Assembly (NCBI GenBank): GCA_977017645.1 | Contig: OZ360222.1 | Span: 248,186,001-248,250,000, forward strand | Direction of reading: 5' to 3' | Source of the DNA: Torpedo marmorata | Lineage: Eukaryota | DNA: 64,000 nt | Shown: positions 12,980-27,157 of the stretch, one piece after another | Position numbering within the stretch: position 1 is the stretch's first letter | How the letters are laid out: each line of letters starts with the position of its first letter | Made by a program: the position numbers and the translations under genes | Notes under the pieces: model-generated | The model's input: the letters and a program-made list of their open reading frames with translations, nothing else | Told to the model about the DNA's origin: nothing | The model's database searches: none

Positions 12980-13693
12980 TGGGATTTAGGAATTCTGGTA
13001 CATAATTCCCTGAAAGTTGAGTCACACGTAGATAGGGTGGTGAAGAAGGCATTTGGTATGTTGGCCTTCATAAATCAGAGTATTGAATATAGGAGTTGGG
13101 ATGTCATGTTGAAGTTGTATAAGGCATTGGTGAGGCCAAATTTGGAATATTGTGCGCAGTTTTGGTCGCTGAATTACAGGAAGGATATAAACAGAATAGA
13201 GAGAGTGCAGAGGAGATTTACAAGAATGTTGCCTGGGTTTCTGGGTTTGAGTTATAGGGAAAGGTTGAACAGGCTGGGACTTTATTCCCTGGAGCGTAGA
13301 AGGTTGAGGGGTGATTTGATAGAGGTATTTAAAATTATGAAGGGGAAAGATAGAGTCAATGTGGACAGGCTTTTTCCATTGAGAGAGGGGAAGATTCAAA
13401 CAAGAGGGCATGGATTGAGATTGAAGGGGGAAAATTTAGAGGAAACATGAGGGGGAATTTCTTCACTCAGAGGGTGGTGGGAGGGTGGAACGAGCTTCCG
13501 GCCGAAGTGGTAGATGCAGGTTCAATTTTAATGTTTAAGGAAAAGTTGGATAGGTATATGGACGAGAGAGGTGTGGAGGGTTATGGGCCGGGTGCGGGTC
13601 AGTGGGACTAGGTGGGAGAATGTGTTCGGTATGGACTCGAAGGGCCGAACTGGCCTGTTTCTGTGCTGTAAATGTTATATGGTTATATGGTTA
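12980..13693 (+). mobile_element. CR1 LINE 3' fragment
   Basis: DLGILVH..LYKALVRPNLEYCAQFWS..TRGH; near-identical to 27400-28105. Confidence 0.92.
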
Positions 13694-13949
13694 CTTTGAT
13701 ACAAGCTCTCGACATTACTGCTGAAAGAAAATGGGGATAAATATATTAATAGGTGGACACAGTTAAGACCCCAACATAATTTAGATGTCAAACAGTGCTG
13801 TCTTGATACATCCAGGTGTCAGATGGTATTCCTCAAGAAACCATTACCAACATTTAGAGAAGTATCTGATGCTCAGCTTTCCCCAGTGATTTACGTGAAA
13901 GTTTCAGCTTCCTGCTGATGGATGCACTGTTTAAACTTTGCCATACTGA

Positions 13950-16900
13950 AACAATAGACAATAGACAATAGACAATAGGAGCTGGAGTAGGCCCTTCGGC
14001 CCGTCGAGCCAGCACCGCCATTTTACAGATCATGGCTGATCACTACTATCAGTACCCCTTACCAGCCTTCTCGCCATAACCCTTAACTCCTCTGCCCACT
14101 AGAGTCTTATCTAACTCTCTTTTGAACATAATCAGCGAATCTGCCTCTACCACCCTCTGTGGCAGAGCATTCCACAGATTCACACTTCTCTGGGTAAAAA
14201 AATTTTTCCTCAACTCCGTCCTAAAGGGCCTTCCCTGTATTCTTAAACTATGCCCTCTAGTCCTCGTCTCTCCCATCATTGGGAACAAGTAATCTGACTT
14301 CACCCTGTCTATCCCCTTGATAATTTTGTATACCTCAATCATGTCCCCCCTCATCCTTCTAAACTCCATCGGATATAAGTCCAGTTTTTCTAACCTTTCA
14401 GCATATGTCAACCCTGCCATCCCTGGAACTAACCTTGTAAATCTGCGCTGCACACCCTCTATAGCTAGTATGTCCTCCTCAAACTTGGAGACCAGAACTG
14501 GACGCAATACTCCAGGTGGGGTCTCACCAGGGCCCTGTACAACTGCAGAAGGGCGTCTCTGCTCCTATACTCCAATCCCCTCTTTATGAAAGCCAACATG
14601 CCATTTGCCTTCTTCACAGCTTTCTGAACCTGCATGTTAGCCTTCAGTGACCGGTGAACAAGTACACCCAGATCCATCTGCACTTCCCCACTCCCTAGCT
14701 TGTCTCCATTTAAATAATACTCAGCCTTCCTATTACTGCCCCCAAAATGGATAACCTCACATTTGCTCACATTGAACTTCATCTTCCATTCTTCAGCCCA
14801 CTCCCCCAACCTGTCCAAGTCCCTCTGCATTTTCCTGACATCCTCTTCACACTTTACACCGCCACCCAGTTTAGTGTCATCTGCAAATTTGCTCATGTTA
14901 TTAATAATCCTATCATCCAAATCATTTACATAAATGACAAACAACTGAGGACCCAACACCGATCCCTGCGGCACTCCACTCGTCACATCCTGCCATCCTG
15001 AAAAAGACCCGCTTACCCCAACCCTTTGTTTCCTATTTCTTAACCAACTTCCTATCCATGTCAGCACCTTACCTTCAATACCATGCTCCCTGATCTTGCC
15101 CACTAGTCTCTCGTGCGGTACCTTATCAAAGGCCTTCTGGAAGTCCAAATACACCACATCCACTGGCTCTCCCAAGTCCACCCTTTTTGTCACATCTTCA
15201 AAAAATTCCAGAAGGTTAGTCAAGCATGACTTACCCTTAAGGAATCCATGCTGACTAGCCCTTATACTATTATTTCTGTCTAAGTGTTCTGCTATTACTC
15301 CTTTTATGATAGATTCCAATATCTTCCCCACCACTGATGTCAGGCTGACCGGTCTATAATTTCCCGTTTTCTCCCTCTCTCCCTTCTTAAAAAGCGGCAC
15401 CACATCAGCCACTCTCCAATCCACAGGGACCTCCCCCGAATCTATGGAGCTTTGGAAAATGTCGACCAGTGCCTCCACAATTTCCAGAGCAACCTCTTTA
15501 AGCACCCTGGGATGCAGCCCATCAGGCCCTGGGGATTTATCAGCCCTCAGTCCCAACAATTTACTCACAACCTCCTGCTTCTGGATCCGAATATCTATCA
15601 GATTCCCTACTTCCCCAGGAAAGTTCCCCAAGTCTCTTGATACTGCATGACCACTACCCCCTAACTGACCATAACCAATATCCTCCTTGGTGAAGACAGA
15701 TGCAAAGTACTTGTTAAATTCCTCAGCCATTTCCTTGTTTCCAGTAATAATTCCACCCTTTTCCAATCTTAATGGCCCAATTTTAGACCGAACCAATTTC
15801 TTCCTCTTCACATATTTAAAAAAGCTTTTTCTATCCTCTATTATATTACTTGCTAATTTCCTCTCGTACTTCATTTTCCCCTCTCGTATGACTTTCTTAG
15901 TTACCCTCTGATGCTCTTTGAAGGTTTCCCAATCCTCTAGCTTCCCACTCTGCTTCGCTATCTTATATTTACTCCCTTTGGACTTGATAATGCCCTTGAT
16001 TTCATTAGTTAGCCACGGCTGCCATTTGCATCTCCTTGAGCCTTTCCTCCACTTTGGAATGAATTTGTCCTGAATCCTGTGAAAAATGTCCAAAAATACC
16101 TGCCATTTTCCCCCAGTTGTCCTCCCAGCTAGTGTATCTTTCCATTTTATTTTGGCTAGCTCCTCCCTCATAGCTGCATAATCCCCTTTATTTAACCTCA
16201 GTATAGATGCTTCCGACTTCCTTTCTTTTTCCCTTTCCAATTGCAAATCAAAAGTAACCATACCATGGTCACTATTCCCTAATGGCACCCCTACTTCGAG
16301 GTCACTAATTAACTCTGCGTCGCTGCACAGCACCAAGTCCAGAATCGACTTCCCTCTGGTAGGTTCCTCCACTAGCTGCTCCATGAATGTGTCTCGTAGA
16401 CATTCTATAAACTCACTCTCTTGTTTTCCTGCCCCCATCTGATTTTCCCAGTCCACCTTCATGTTGAAGTCCCCCATAACTACCGTATTGCTACCACTTT
16501 GACATGCCACTCTTAATTCCTGATTTATACTACTTCCTATATCTGAGCTACTTTTCGGAGGCCTGTAAATGACCCCCATTATGGTCTTCATGCCTTTGCA
16601 ATTTCTTAATTTAATCCAAACAGACTCTACCCCACCTGTTTCAATGTCTTTCCTTTCAAACGCCTGAACTTCATTACTTACCAACAGAGCTACCCCACCA
16701 CCTCTTCCTAACTTTCTGTCCTTTCTGTAGGACGTGTACCCTGGAACATTTATTTCCCAATCCTGTCCCTCCTGCAGCCATGTCTCCGTAACTCCGATAA
16801 TGTCATAACCTCCCATTGCCATTTGCGCCTCAAGTTCATCCATTTTATTCCTTACACTCCGTGCATTCATATACAATACCTTGATACCATATCTCCTTTC

Positions 16901-17108
16901 TTCCTCCACCTTTGTTCCTGATGCACTTGCCCCTACTCTCCTATCACTTTTAGTTCCCTTTTTCCTTATGGTTTCACCGTCTATCGGATCCACCCCTATA
17001 TTCACTCTCCTATCTGCCTCCCTATCAGTCCCGTTCCCTTCCCCCTGCCAAATTAGTTTAAATCAAATCCAACAGCATTTTTAAACGTAACTGCTAGTAT
17101 ATTGGCCC
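13950..17108 (-). mobile_element. CR1 LINE with nearly intact ORF2
   Basis: 846-aa ORF plus a 152-aa continuation after one frameshift near 14475; (CTATTGT)n 3' tail at 13951-13977. Confidence 0.95.
14049..17005 (-). CDS. CR1 ORF2: AP endonuclease and reverse transcriptase (frameshifted)
   Basis: APE motifs YMNARS, GVTETW, GDFN, SDH; RT motifs YRPVSLTS, LDFQKAFDKV, GVPQGSVLGP, FADD. Confidence 0.92.
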
Positions 17109-17343
17109 CAATATTGAAACCAATAACTTTGATCTTTGCACCCTTCACCTTTAACTAATTGCTGAAAATAATTGAGAAAATAAAAATTGGAAGAGTTGAC
17201 CTTTATTGCAAAGTGGTAGTAGTTTAGAAATAGGGAAGCCTTGTTGCAGTTGTAACGTGTTCACCCATGACTGCGTAGCCAAACATCGCTCCAACTCCAT
17301 CTATAAATTTGCCGCTACAATTGAAGGTCAGATTTCAAGCAAG

Positions 17344-17628
17344 TGGGCGGCGCGGTTAGCATAGCAGTTAGCGCAATGCTGTTACAGCGCCAGCGATTGG
17401 GACCGGGGTTTGAATCCTGCTCTGTCTATAAGGAGTTTGCACATTCTCCCCGTGTCTGTGTGGGTTTTCCCTGGGGGCTCCGGTTTCCTCCCACCCTCCA
17501 AAACATACTGGGGGTTGTAGGTCAATTGGGTGTGATTGGGCGGCATGGGCTCGTGGGCCGAGAGGGCCTGTTACCGTGCTGAATGTCTATATTTTTTTTT
17601 TAAATTAAAATTTATTTAAAATTTAAAA
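17344..17628 (+). mobile_element. V-SINE inserted in a degraded Rex1 fragment (~17260-18010)
   Basis: SINE consensus; flanks translate to Rex1-like YKFA and ISNDLSWTNH motifs. Confidence 0.85.
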
Positions 17629-18221
17629 CAACACAACGGAATACAGAAAGAAAATGGAGGGTCTAGTGGCTTCGTGTCACAACAACAACCTCTCCCTCAA
17701 TAAGACTAGGAGCTGGTCATTGACTTCAGGAAGAGAATGAGGACTCATTCCCCTATCCACAACAATGGCACTGGGTGGAGATAGTAAACAGCTTTAAGTT
17801 CCAAGGAATAAATATCTCCAACGACCTGTCCTGGACAAACCATGTCGATGTGACAACCAAGAAGGTGCACCAACAACTCAACTTCCTCAGGAGCCCGAGG
17901 AAACTCAGCATGTCCCTGACATTCTTCAGCAACCTCAACAGATGCATCAGAGTATCCTGTCAGATACAAGAGTGTGGTAGAAGATCAGCTCTGCCCAAGA
18001 CCACAAGAAACTGTTGCTCTTAATCCCAGGGCCTCACTCCAAAATAAAGAAGGGGCATTTGGGAAAATTGTCAGAGGGTTGCTATGGAGGGAAGGTAAGA
18101 GAGAAAGAACACCAAATTATTTTAATAGTTTCCAAGTCATATTTGAAATTGAACTAAAATGTACAACTACATTTGAATGCATTTCTTGCGCCTGGTGTTT
18201 ATAAAGAGTTCTAATTAATAT

Positions 18222-19075
18222 TCAACACATTATCCGCCGGAATTTCTGGCACTTACTACAGGATCCCACCACCAGACACATTTTTCCTTCTCCTCCCCTC
18301 TCGGCCTTCCGCAGGGACCACTCCCTCCGTGATTCCCTCGTGCACTCATCCCTCCCCACCCATCGCACCCCCGGCGCCTTCCCCTGTGGCCGCAAGAGGT
18401 GCAAGACTTGCGCCCACACCTCCTCCCTCACCACGGTCCGGGGCCCCAAACAGGCCTTTCAAGTGAAGCAACACTTCACTTGTACTTCCAGAGGACTTAT
18501 TTACTGCATCCGGTGCTCCCTTTGTGGCATTCTCTACATCAGAGAGACCGGTAGTAGATTGGGAGATCGCTTCGCTGAGCACCTCCTCTCCGTCCGCAAC
18601 AACAGCGACCTCCCAGTAGCCAGCCATTTCAATTCCGAGTCACACTCCCACACTCACATGTCTGTCCATGCTCTTATGTACTATCCCACCCAGAGGAACA
18701 ACATCTCATTTTCCGCCTGGGCACTCTCCAGCCAGATGGCATTAACATTGACTTTTCTGCTTTCTACTAAATCTGCTCGCCTTTTCTTTCCCCTCCCCCT
18801 TCCCTGTCCTTCCAGTTCTTCCACCCACCCAGCCATCCCTCCTCCCCCTCATTGTTGCTGTCCCCTCCCTCCTTTCTCCACCTATCATCTCCTGCCTTTG
18901 CCACCCCCCTTCCCCCCCTCCCCCGCCCCCACTCTTTTGTTCGGACGCCTGCTGGCATTTTCTCATACTTTGATGAAGGGCTCAAGCCCGAAACGTCGGT
19001 TATGTATCTTTACCTTTGCTACATAATGGAAACTGTTTGACCTGCTGAGCTTCTCCAGCATTTTATGTTTTTACA
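18222..19075 (+). mobile_element. Penelope-like element 3' part (GIY-YIG and terminal repeat)
   Basis: FPCGRKRCKTC linker, LIYCIRCSLCGILYIRETG; highly similar to 34877-35730. Confidence 0.9.
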
Positions 19076-19822
19076 TTTACTTTCTAATTAATATTCAACC
19101 TGGATTGTTTTTTCTGTAATTTTGCAACCTGAAGGTTAATTTTACGGGTCAGCTAGTAATGAAGGGATAAAAATTTGATCTGATAAAAGAATCATTTAGT
19201 GAAAACACAATGAATGTAATTACAGTGACATGGTGATTTCCTGTGTTGTCATAGAGAATGTTGTCTGGAACCATTCTCACGTTATTTTCAGCTCCTTGCC
19301 TGATTCCCAGCATCTGTCACAGCTCAGCTCAAGTGTATGTGATATTGAAGTGGGATTTTAGATTGAGATGAATGTTTTCTTGAAAATCCAAAGCAACTAC
19401 AAGTAACCTGAAACAAAAACAGAATATGCTGGAACCACTCATCAGGTTAGGCAGTATCCGTGGAGTTAATGTCTCAAACCCAAGACCTTTCATCGCATCT
19501 GGGACGGAGTGGGCATATTTTTTCATTCTTGCCTCTCCACGTCTCTGTAACCTCTTCAGGGGTCTCTTGTGTTCCTCCAACCTTGGCTTCCCAAGCCTTT
19601 ACAAGTCCATACCCCAACCTCTGGCATTCCTTTGCCGAGTCTTTATTTCTCCCTTTCCTCCCTTCAATTACTCTACAAAAGCTATTGGTGGAGTGACACT
19701 GTGAAGTCTTGTGATCACCGTTGGGGTGACTCTCTTAAAGTGTCTCCTTATCCCTGCTTAGTAAGAGTCGCCCTGGTCAGAGGCTTTATCTGAGGGGGGG
19801 GGGGTTAATTATCTATAACGTT

Positions 19823-22800
19823 GATAATAAATGTATTATTTGGGAAGCTTTAAAGGCTTATTTAAGAGGAAAAATAATAAGTTATTCAGCAAAAATTAAG
19901 AAGGATTATGTTCGGGAGGTGGATAATTTGGAGAGGGAGATTGAATTTTTGGAGAAGGACTTGCAAAAAAAGAGATCAGAAGAAGAGGAAAAATTTAGTT
20001 GGGAAAAAATTGCATTATAATTTGTTACAAACAAATAAAATGGAAAAATTAATTGAAAGAACTAAGCAAAGATATTATGAATTGGGAGAAAGAGCACACA
20101 AAGTGTTGGCGTGGCAACTAAAGAAAGATCAAACTTCTAGAACTATAAATGCTATAAAAAAGAATTCTAAGAAAATAACATATAAACCTCGAGAAATAAA
20201 TGATTCTTTTAAGGATTATTATTTGAATTTATATAAATCTCAGAATGATGAAGATGATTCTAAAATTAATGAATTTCTATCTAAAATTAAGGTACCTCGA
20301 TTAAATACTCAAAGTAAAGAATTTTTAGATTCGTCTTTTTCAATGAGGGAAGTTAATGATGTTCTTAGTTCTTTAACGAGTGGTAAATCTCCAGGGGAAG
20401 ATGGTTTCCCATCAGAATTTTATAAGGAGTTTAAAGATTTATTGATACCTCCATATATGGATGTGTTGAAACAAATAACGGAAACTCACTCGTTACTGGA
20501 AACATTTTCGAATGCAATAATTACAGTTATACCTAAAAAAGATAGAGATGTGTTGAAAACAGAATCATATAGACCAATTTCATTGTTAAATGTGGATTAT
20601 AAGATAATGGCAAAAATTTTAGCAAATAGAGTGGCTAATTATTTACCAGATTTAATCCATGTAGATCAAGCAAGTTTTATTAAGAATAGATATTCAAAGG
20701 ATTATATAGCTAGATTAATTCGTTTAATTAATGTGGGAAAAAAAAAGAGGATTTAGCATTAGTATTAACATTAGATGCTGAAAAGGCTTTTGATAGATTA
20801 GAGTGGAATTATTTATTTAAGGTATTGGGGAAATTTGGTTTTGGAACTACATTTATTAATTGGATTAAAACTATATATAAAGAACCATCTGCTAAAGTGG
20901 TGACAAATGGACAAATTTCTTCAAAATTTTCTTTGACTAGATCAACTAGACAAGGATGTCCTTTGTCGCCAGCATTGTTTATTTTAGCAATAGAACCTTT
21001 GGCAGAATTAATTAGACAAGATATTAAGATTGCAGGTATTAAAGTTGGAAAAGAAGAGCATAAAATTAGTTTATTTGCAGATGATGTATTGATTTATATG
21101 ACAAAATCTATTACTTCTTTAATACAATTGACTGTTTTATTGAGAGAATATGGGGAAATATCTGGTTATAAGATTAATTCTGATAAAAGTGAAATTATGG
21201 CATTAACACAAGGGGATTGTAGTAACTGTAAAGAAATTACACAATTTAAATGGTCAAAGGAAGGAATTAAATATTTGGGAATAAAGATTGATACAAATTT
21301 AACTAATCTATATAAATTCAATAATTTACCATTATTTATGAAAATTAAAAAAGTTTTAGAATGTTGGAAGGATTTACCTATAACTTTAATAGGAAGGGTA
21401 AATTGTATTAAGCTGAATGTCTTTCCAAGAATTCAATCTTTTTCAATTAATTCCTTATGAAATCCCTTTGAAATTTTTTAAAGATTTAAATTTAATTATT
21501 AGGAAGTTTTTGTGGAAAGGAAAGTTGGCTAGAGTAGGTATGGAGAAATTAACTTGGAATTATGAAATGGGTGGTTTACAACATCCTAATTTTCAAAATT
21601 ATTATAAAGCAGCTCAATTAAAATTTGTTAATGAATTGTTTGATTTAGCTAAGTCTTCTGCTTGGATTAGAATAGAATTAAATAATATAGGAGAAGATCT
21701 GAAAGAAGGAGTTATTTATAAATGGAATTCTAAATTATTATTAACAAGAGGGAAAAATTCTCCTATTTTTAAACATTTGTTAGAAATATGAAATAGAGTG
21801 GATAGGGAGATAGGAGGGAAAGGGTTAATTTCTCGAAGAATGCCTTTATATCAAAATAAACTTATTCCATTTACTGTTGATAATCAATTATTTAAAATTT
21901 GGTTCCAAAAGGGAATTAAGAAAATAAATGATTGTTTTGAAGCTGGTAAATTTATTACTTTTCAAAGAATGAAAGATAAGTTTAATCTATTGAATAATAC
22001 ACTTTTTGCTTATTATCAAATTAGAGCATTTTTAGTTGGGAAGTTAGGCTATAGTTTGACTTTACCAAGACAGAGTGAACTAGAATTATTAGTTACTAAC
22101 GGAGGAGTAAATAAATTTATTTCTCAAATGTATAGACTGTTTCAGAGAAAAATCCCAAAAGTAGGAATTCATAAATCAAGATTAAAATGGGAATCAGATT
22201 TGAATGTAACAATAGATGAAGAACATTGGAAAGAATAATGTAAACTAAGTATGAAGAAGATTAGTAATGTTAGATATAGATTAGTTCAATATAATTTTTT
22301 TCATCAATTATACTTAACGCCTAAAATATTAAAGAAATTTAATGCGACATTATCAGGCTTACGTTTTAGATGTAATAGAGAGGAAGGTTCTTTTGAACAT
22401 TCTACATGGTTTTGTTCAAAGGTTTATGATTTTTGGTTGAAAGATAAAAAGTTTTCAGATAAAGTATTAAAAATTACATTCCCAATGGACCCAATGATAT
22501 TTTTGTTTGGAGATATTAAAAGAGTAAGTACTAAGATGAAATTAAATATGTATCAAATAGAATTTTTGCGAATTGCTTTAGCTGTTTCTAAGAAATGTAT
22601 TGCTATTACTTGGAAATCTGATGTAGATTTAGGGTTAGAGAGATGGCATGCAGAACTTCGTTCATGTATACCACTTGAAAAAATTACTTATAATTTACGT
22701 AATAAATATCATTTCTTTTTGAAAATACGGAGCCCATATAGGAAGGCTGTTGGTTTAATGATTTGATGATCTCTGGACATCGGATCTGACTGGCGAACCT

Positions 22801-23052
22801 ATCCTCCATGATAAAATTAGTTATAGATGTATTTTTTTAGATTGACATTCTCCTTATTCTATCTTTTTCTTTTCTTTTTATCTTTATTTTAGTAGATTAG
22901 TAGGGATGGGAGGGTTAGGGAGGGGAGGGAGGGAGGGGGGATGAAAATGTATCACAAGTATTTTGATAATTTCATATTTTACTTTATATATTTTGTGATT
23001 TAAAATTTTAAATAAAATATTTAAAAAAAAAAAAAAAAATTTAAAAAAACAA
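19823..23052 (+). mobile_element. L1-clade LINE, 5'-truncated, frameshifted ORF2, poly(A) tail
   Basis: WEALKAYLRG, KSPGEDGF, YRPISLLNVD, RQGCPLSP and LFADD across ORFs 19908-22766; G-rich 3'UTR, AATAAA and an A-run at ~23023-23050. Confidence 0.93.
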
Positions 23053-23684
23053 ACCTATAATGTTATTTTTGTCTCTCGGGCGGCTCCATGGAGGGGAAGG
23101 AACCTGCAGATGCAACGACGGTTAAATGTTTTCAAAGAATGTGATTAAAAATAATGTAAAATGCTTTAAGGTTTATATATTCATGCAAGTGAAGTTTGTT
23201 CAGTGTAAGTACAGTACAGTATTTTTGCCTTTTTAAATGGTTTATTCTTAATGCAGGTGTATTAGTTAGGCATTGTAAGAGTAAGTGTCAAGCAACCGGA
23301 AAATACACTTATCCAGCAACTACCAATCCCCATAGGTGCTGGATACCAGGGGTTTTACTGTATTTGAATAAAATGTGTGAATTTAATCTTTATTGCTGGG
23401 GCAGCAAAATCAGAAAGACATCACTTATTAAAGAAGTTCTAGTTTTTAAATAATCAAAATCAGTGCATTAAGATTTGAGAGAGTTCTACGAAGCGGGGTG
23501 GTCTGCTCTGACAGTTGACAGATCCCACTGGATCTTGCTGGTCATGACCAGATTGTTATGATCGTCAATAGACATCAAGGGGCATTGCAAGGTGGAGTCT
23601 TCACTGTCAGTCTCCACAGCTGATGGGATCTAGTGGTCTGAAGGTGACCTGTGAACACTTCTGTAGCATTGAAGCAAGCAATTT

Positions 23685-23940
23685 GGGGCGGCACGGTTAG
23701 CGTAGCGGTTAGCGCAACGCTGTTACAGCGCTAGCGATCGGGACTGGGGTTCGAATCCTGCGCTGTCTGTAAGGAGTTTGTTCGTTCTCCCCGTGTCTGC
23801 GTGGGTTTTCCCCGGGGGCTCCGGTTTCCTCCCACTGTTCGAAACGTACCGGGGATTGTAGGTTAATTGGGTGTGAATTGGGCAGCACTGGCTCATTGTC
23901 CGAAATAGCCTGTTACCATGCTGTATGTCTAAATTAAATC
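23685..23940 (+). mobile_element. V-SINE
   Basis: SINE consensus. Confidence 0.9.
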
Positions 23941-24107
23941 AAACATTTACGAATGTCTGATAGTCAGGGACTGGAAGGCTCACTTTAGTATCTTATGCTT
24001 TCTTCCATTGTACAAATAGAATGAGAATTACTGTGTACATATGTGTGTCGGACCATACTTGTGCAGAGAGACACGTGCACATAGAAAGATAAATAGATAA
24101 ATTAGAT

Positions 24108-24357
24108 AAATTTAGACATACAGCACGGTAACAGGCCATTTCGGTCCACGAGTCCACGCCGCCCAATTTACACCCAATTAACTTACATCCCCGGTACGTT
24201 TTGAACGGTGGGAGGAAACCAGAGCCCCCTGGGAAAACCCACACAGATACGGGGAGAACGTACAAACTTCTTACAGACAGCGCGGGATTCGAACCCCAGT
24301 CCCGATCACTGGCGCTGTAAAGGCGTTGCGCTAACCACTACGCCAACCGTGCTGCCC
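24108..24357 (-). mobile_element. V-SINE
   Basis: SINE consensus, reverse orientation. Confidence 0.9.
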
Positions 24358-25182
24358 GAAGCAAGCTGGCAATGATTCCCTGATTCCCACATTCTCTCAC
24401 ATTGAGCAAGCATTGAGAGTCTCAGTCCATCTGCAGGGCCTTTGTGAATGGGAAACGTTCACCGTGTCAGCGACTCATTGTCAACCTAGCCTCTGCGCGA
24501 TGGGGGGTGGGGGTGGGTGGAGAGTGCCAAAACACCTGAAAGCACGAGCAGTGGTTGTGAGCAGAGTGATTCAGGGATCACTTCCACTGACTGCTACTTG
24601 CTGTGAAGGTACAATATGTACTGGGTCAGACACCACCCATACAGATACCAGTTAATGGGAAGATTAAACCAACGAGCTGCAAGATCAGGCTCGTCATAAC
24701 TTCATAAATGAAGAAATATATTTTATTGAAATATCAGATTCCTGGAAAATAAAGGGATTGGCCTTGGACTTTCGAGAAATTCAGCAAAGCCTGACACCTA
24801 AATGTACAACATTGTGGGGAAACTGTAGGAGAGGGCTGGCGGTGAGTTGGAGGTGGTTACGGAGGCAGGGTTTTGGGGAGTGGGGCTACTGGGCTCTGCA
24901 GATCAGCCCAGTTGTCAGAGGATTCTGGAGATTCTGTTTAGTTAGGGAGTTTGGGGCCCTCAACCAATGTTCCCTCTAATTTTATAGTTGGCACCTCCGT
25001 ACCAGACAGAGATGCAACCAGCCAGATGCCTGTGAATATTTAGTGAGTTATACCCAGATATTTCCGGAGATCCACCACCTCCCCCCACCCCCGCCGTAAC
25101 ACAATCGGTAGAGTTTCTGCCTCGCAGCTCCAGCGACCCAGGTTTGATCCAGATTTCTGGTGCTGTCAATTTAGACATTCAT

Positions 25183-25410
25183 ACAGACATACAGCATGGT
25201 AACAGGCCATTTCGGCCCACGAACCCGTGCTGCCCAATTACATCCAATTACAATCCCCGGTACGTTTCGAACGGTGGGAGGAAACTGGAGTACCCGTGGA
25301 AAACCCACACAGACACGGGGAAAACGTACAAACTCCTTACAGACAGCTCGGGATTCGAACCCCGGTCCCGATCGCTGGCGCTCTAACAGCGTTGCGCTCA
25401 CTGTACCGCC
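25183..25410 (-). mobile_element. V-SINE inserted into an older plus-strand SINE (~25095-25620)
   Basis: SINE consensus; flanks carry a decayed SINE head and V-domain (GTGACCATGTGGGTTTCCTCC). Confidence 0.85.
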
Positions 25411-25836
25411 TATGGTCGAGTGGCAGGCATTCCTTGTGACCATGTGGGTTTCCTCCAAGTGTTCTGGATTCCTAAAATATCCCATAAATGTGTTGGTCGG
25501 TAGGTGAATTGATCTTGGTGGGGGGGGGAGTTGATGGAAATATGGGGAGAAAATATTGTTCAGACAGGATCAGTGTTAAAATGGGTGCTTGATGTTTGCT
25601 TAGACGTGGTTGGTGTGGTTCCATGCGAGTTTGCTGGTGGATTTTTTTGATGTCTGGGGTGAAACACTGTATCTGTTGATTTTGTCCAGATCAGCCTGAG
25701 TTGTCATTTTTGGAAATATCTGCGTCATGCTCGGGTAAGATGTGAGCACAATTAATTAGAGACGTATCTTTGTCATCTGTTTAAACGACGTTTAACCAAG
25801 CTGTCGTCAACGTGCCATGTATTGATATGATAAATA

Positions 25837-26311
25837 CCGCATATGCCGTTGTATAGGACGACTCTGTACAGGACGACCCCGGAATTTCCACCTAAAATGT
25901 TGGTTTTGAGCGATATCCTTTGTATAAGACGACCCCAAATCTGGCACTTACCGCTGACCAGTGGATGCTGTTAAAAGCAAATCACAATATTTTAATAACA
26001 AATGATTATTTAAAGGTTTCGATTTTATTGGGATATTTTAAAATAAACCACTGTCGGCTCCTGTAACAGGCTCTTTAAATTTAAAGCCTGTACAGAGCCG
26101 ACAGCAGTGAGACGGGCGGATGGACCCCGCGGAGGAGACTTCGCTAATAACTAATGCGGCATGTGTGAGATTGCATCGGAGCCGGCAGGAAGATGACTGC
26201 GGTGTTGAGACTTCGTCTTCAAGGGAAGATTTAAGACCCTTTGTATAGGACGACCTGATTTTAAAGTGAAATTTTTAAGTTTCGGGTCGTCCTATACAAC
26301 GGCATATACGG
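25837..26311. mobile_element. Tc1/mariner (pogo/Tigger-like) MITE
   Basis: ~26-bp TIRs CCGCATATGCCGTTGTATAGGACGAC / GTCGTCCTATACAACGGCATATACGG with TA on both sides. Confidence 0.9.
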
Positions 26312-26495
26312 TAATAGAGCAGGGGCTACTTCTTGGAGAAAGCCATTGTCCAGCCTCTGCTTACCTCATCCTCGACACACATACAGGACGTGAGTTTGCT
26401 GAGGAGAGACCATAATCAACTGAGTCTGATTACATGCTTCCTTGTCCTTCCTCATTTATACCATTAAAAGATCAAAGAGCGATCAGTGCAGCTTA

Positions 26496-26760
26496 GGGAG
26501 GCACGGTTGGCGTAGCGGTTAGCGCAACGCTGTTACAGCACCAGCGATCGGGGCCGGGGTTCGAATCCGGCGCTGTCTGTAAGGAGTTTGTACGTTCTCC
26601 CCGTGTCTGCGTGGGTTTTCCCTGGGGGCTCCGGTTTCCTCCCACCCTTCAAAACGTACCGGAGGTTGTAGGTTTAATTGGGCGGCATGGGCTCGAGGGT
26701 AGAAATGGCCTGTTACCGTGCTGTATGTCTAAAAATTTTAAAATGTAAAATTTAAAATTT
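26496..26760 (+). mobile_element. V-SINE
   Basis: SINE consensus. Confidence 0.9.
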
Positions 26761-27157
26761 CACAATATCTTCTGCTCCCAACTGCTCTAAAATTAGACTG
26801 AACAGGACATACTTCACATCAGTTTGAAGAAGGCTACCATCATACCAGTACCAAAGAAAAGCACAATAATGGGCTTAAATGAATATCAATCACTAGCTCT
26901 GACATCCACCATCATGAAGTGCTTTGACATGTTGGTCATGGCTCACATCAGCTCCTGCCTCCCAGCCAGCCTTGATTAACTTCAATTTGCCTGCTTTCTA
27001 AACAGGTCCCATGGCAGACACTCAATCCTTGGCCCTTTTTTAAAAATTCTTTATTTCACTAAAACATCAAGTTAAACAATCAACTATAATACATGAAACA
27101 CAAGACAACCGTACAACTATATTTTCACTCGGTTCTGGACACCAAGGACACCCATGT

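Noticed and set aside
19291-19340. AG..GT-bounded 43-bp candidate plus-strand exon
   Set aside because: Splice-like signals only, with no homology or partner exons
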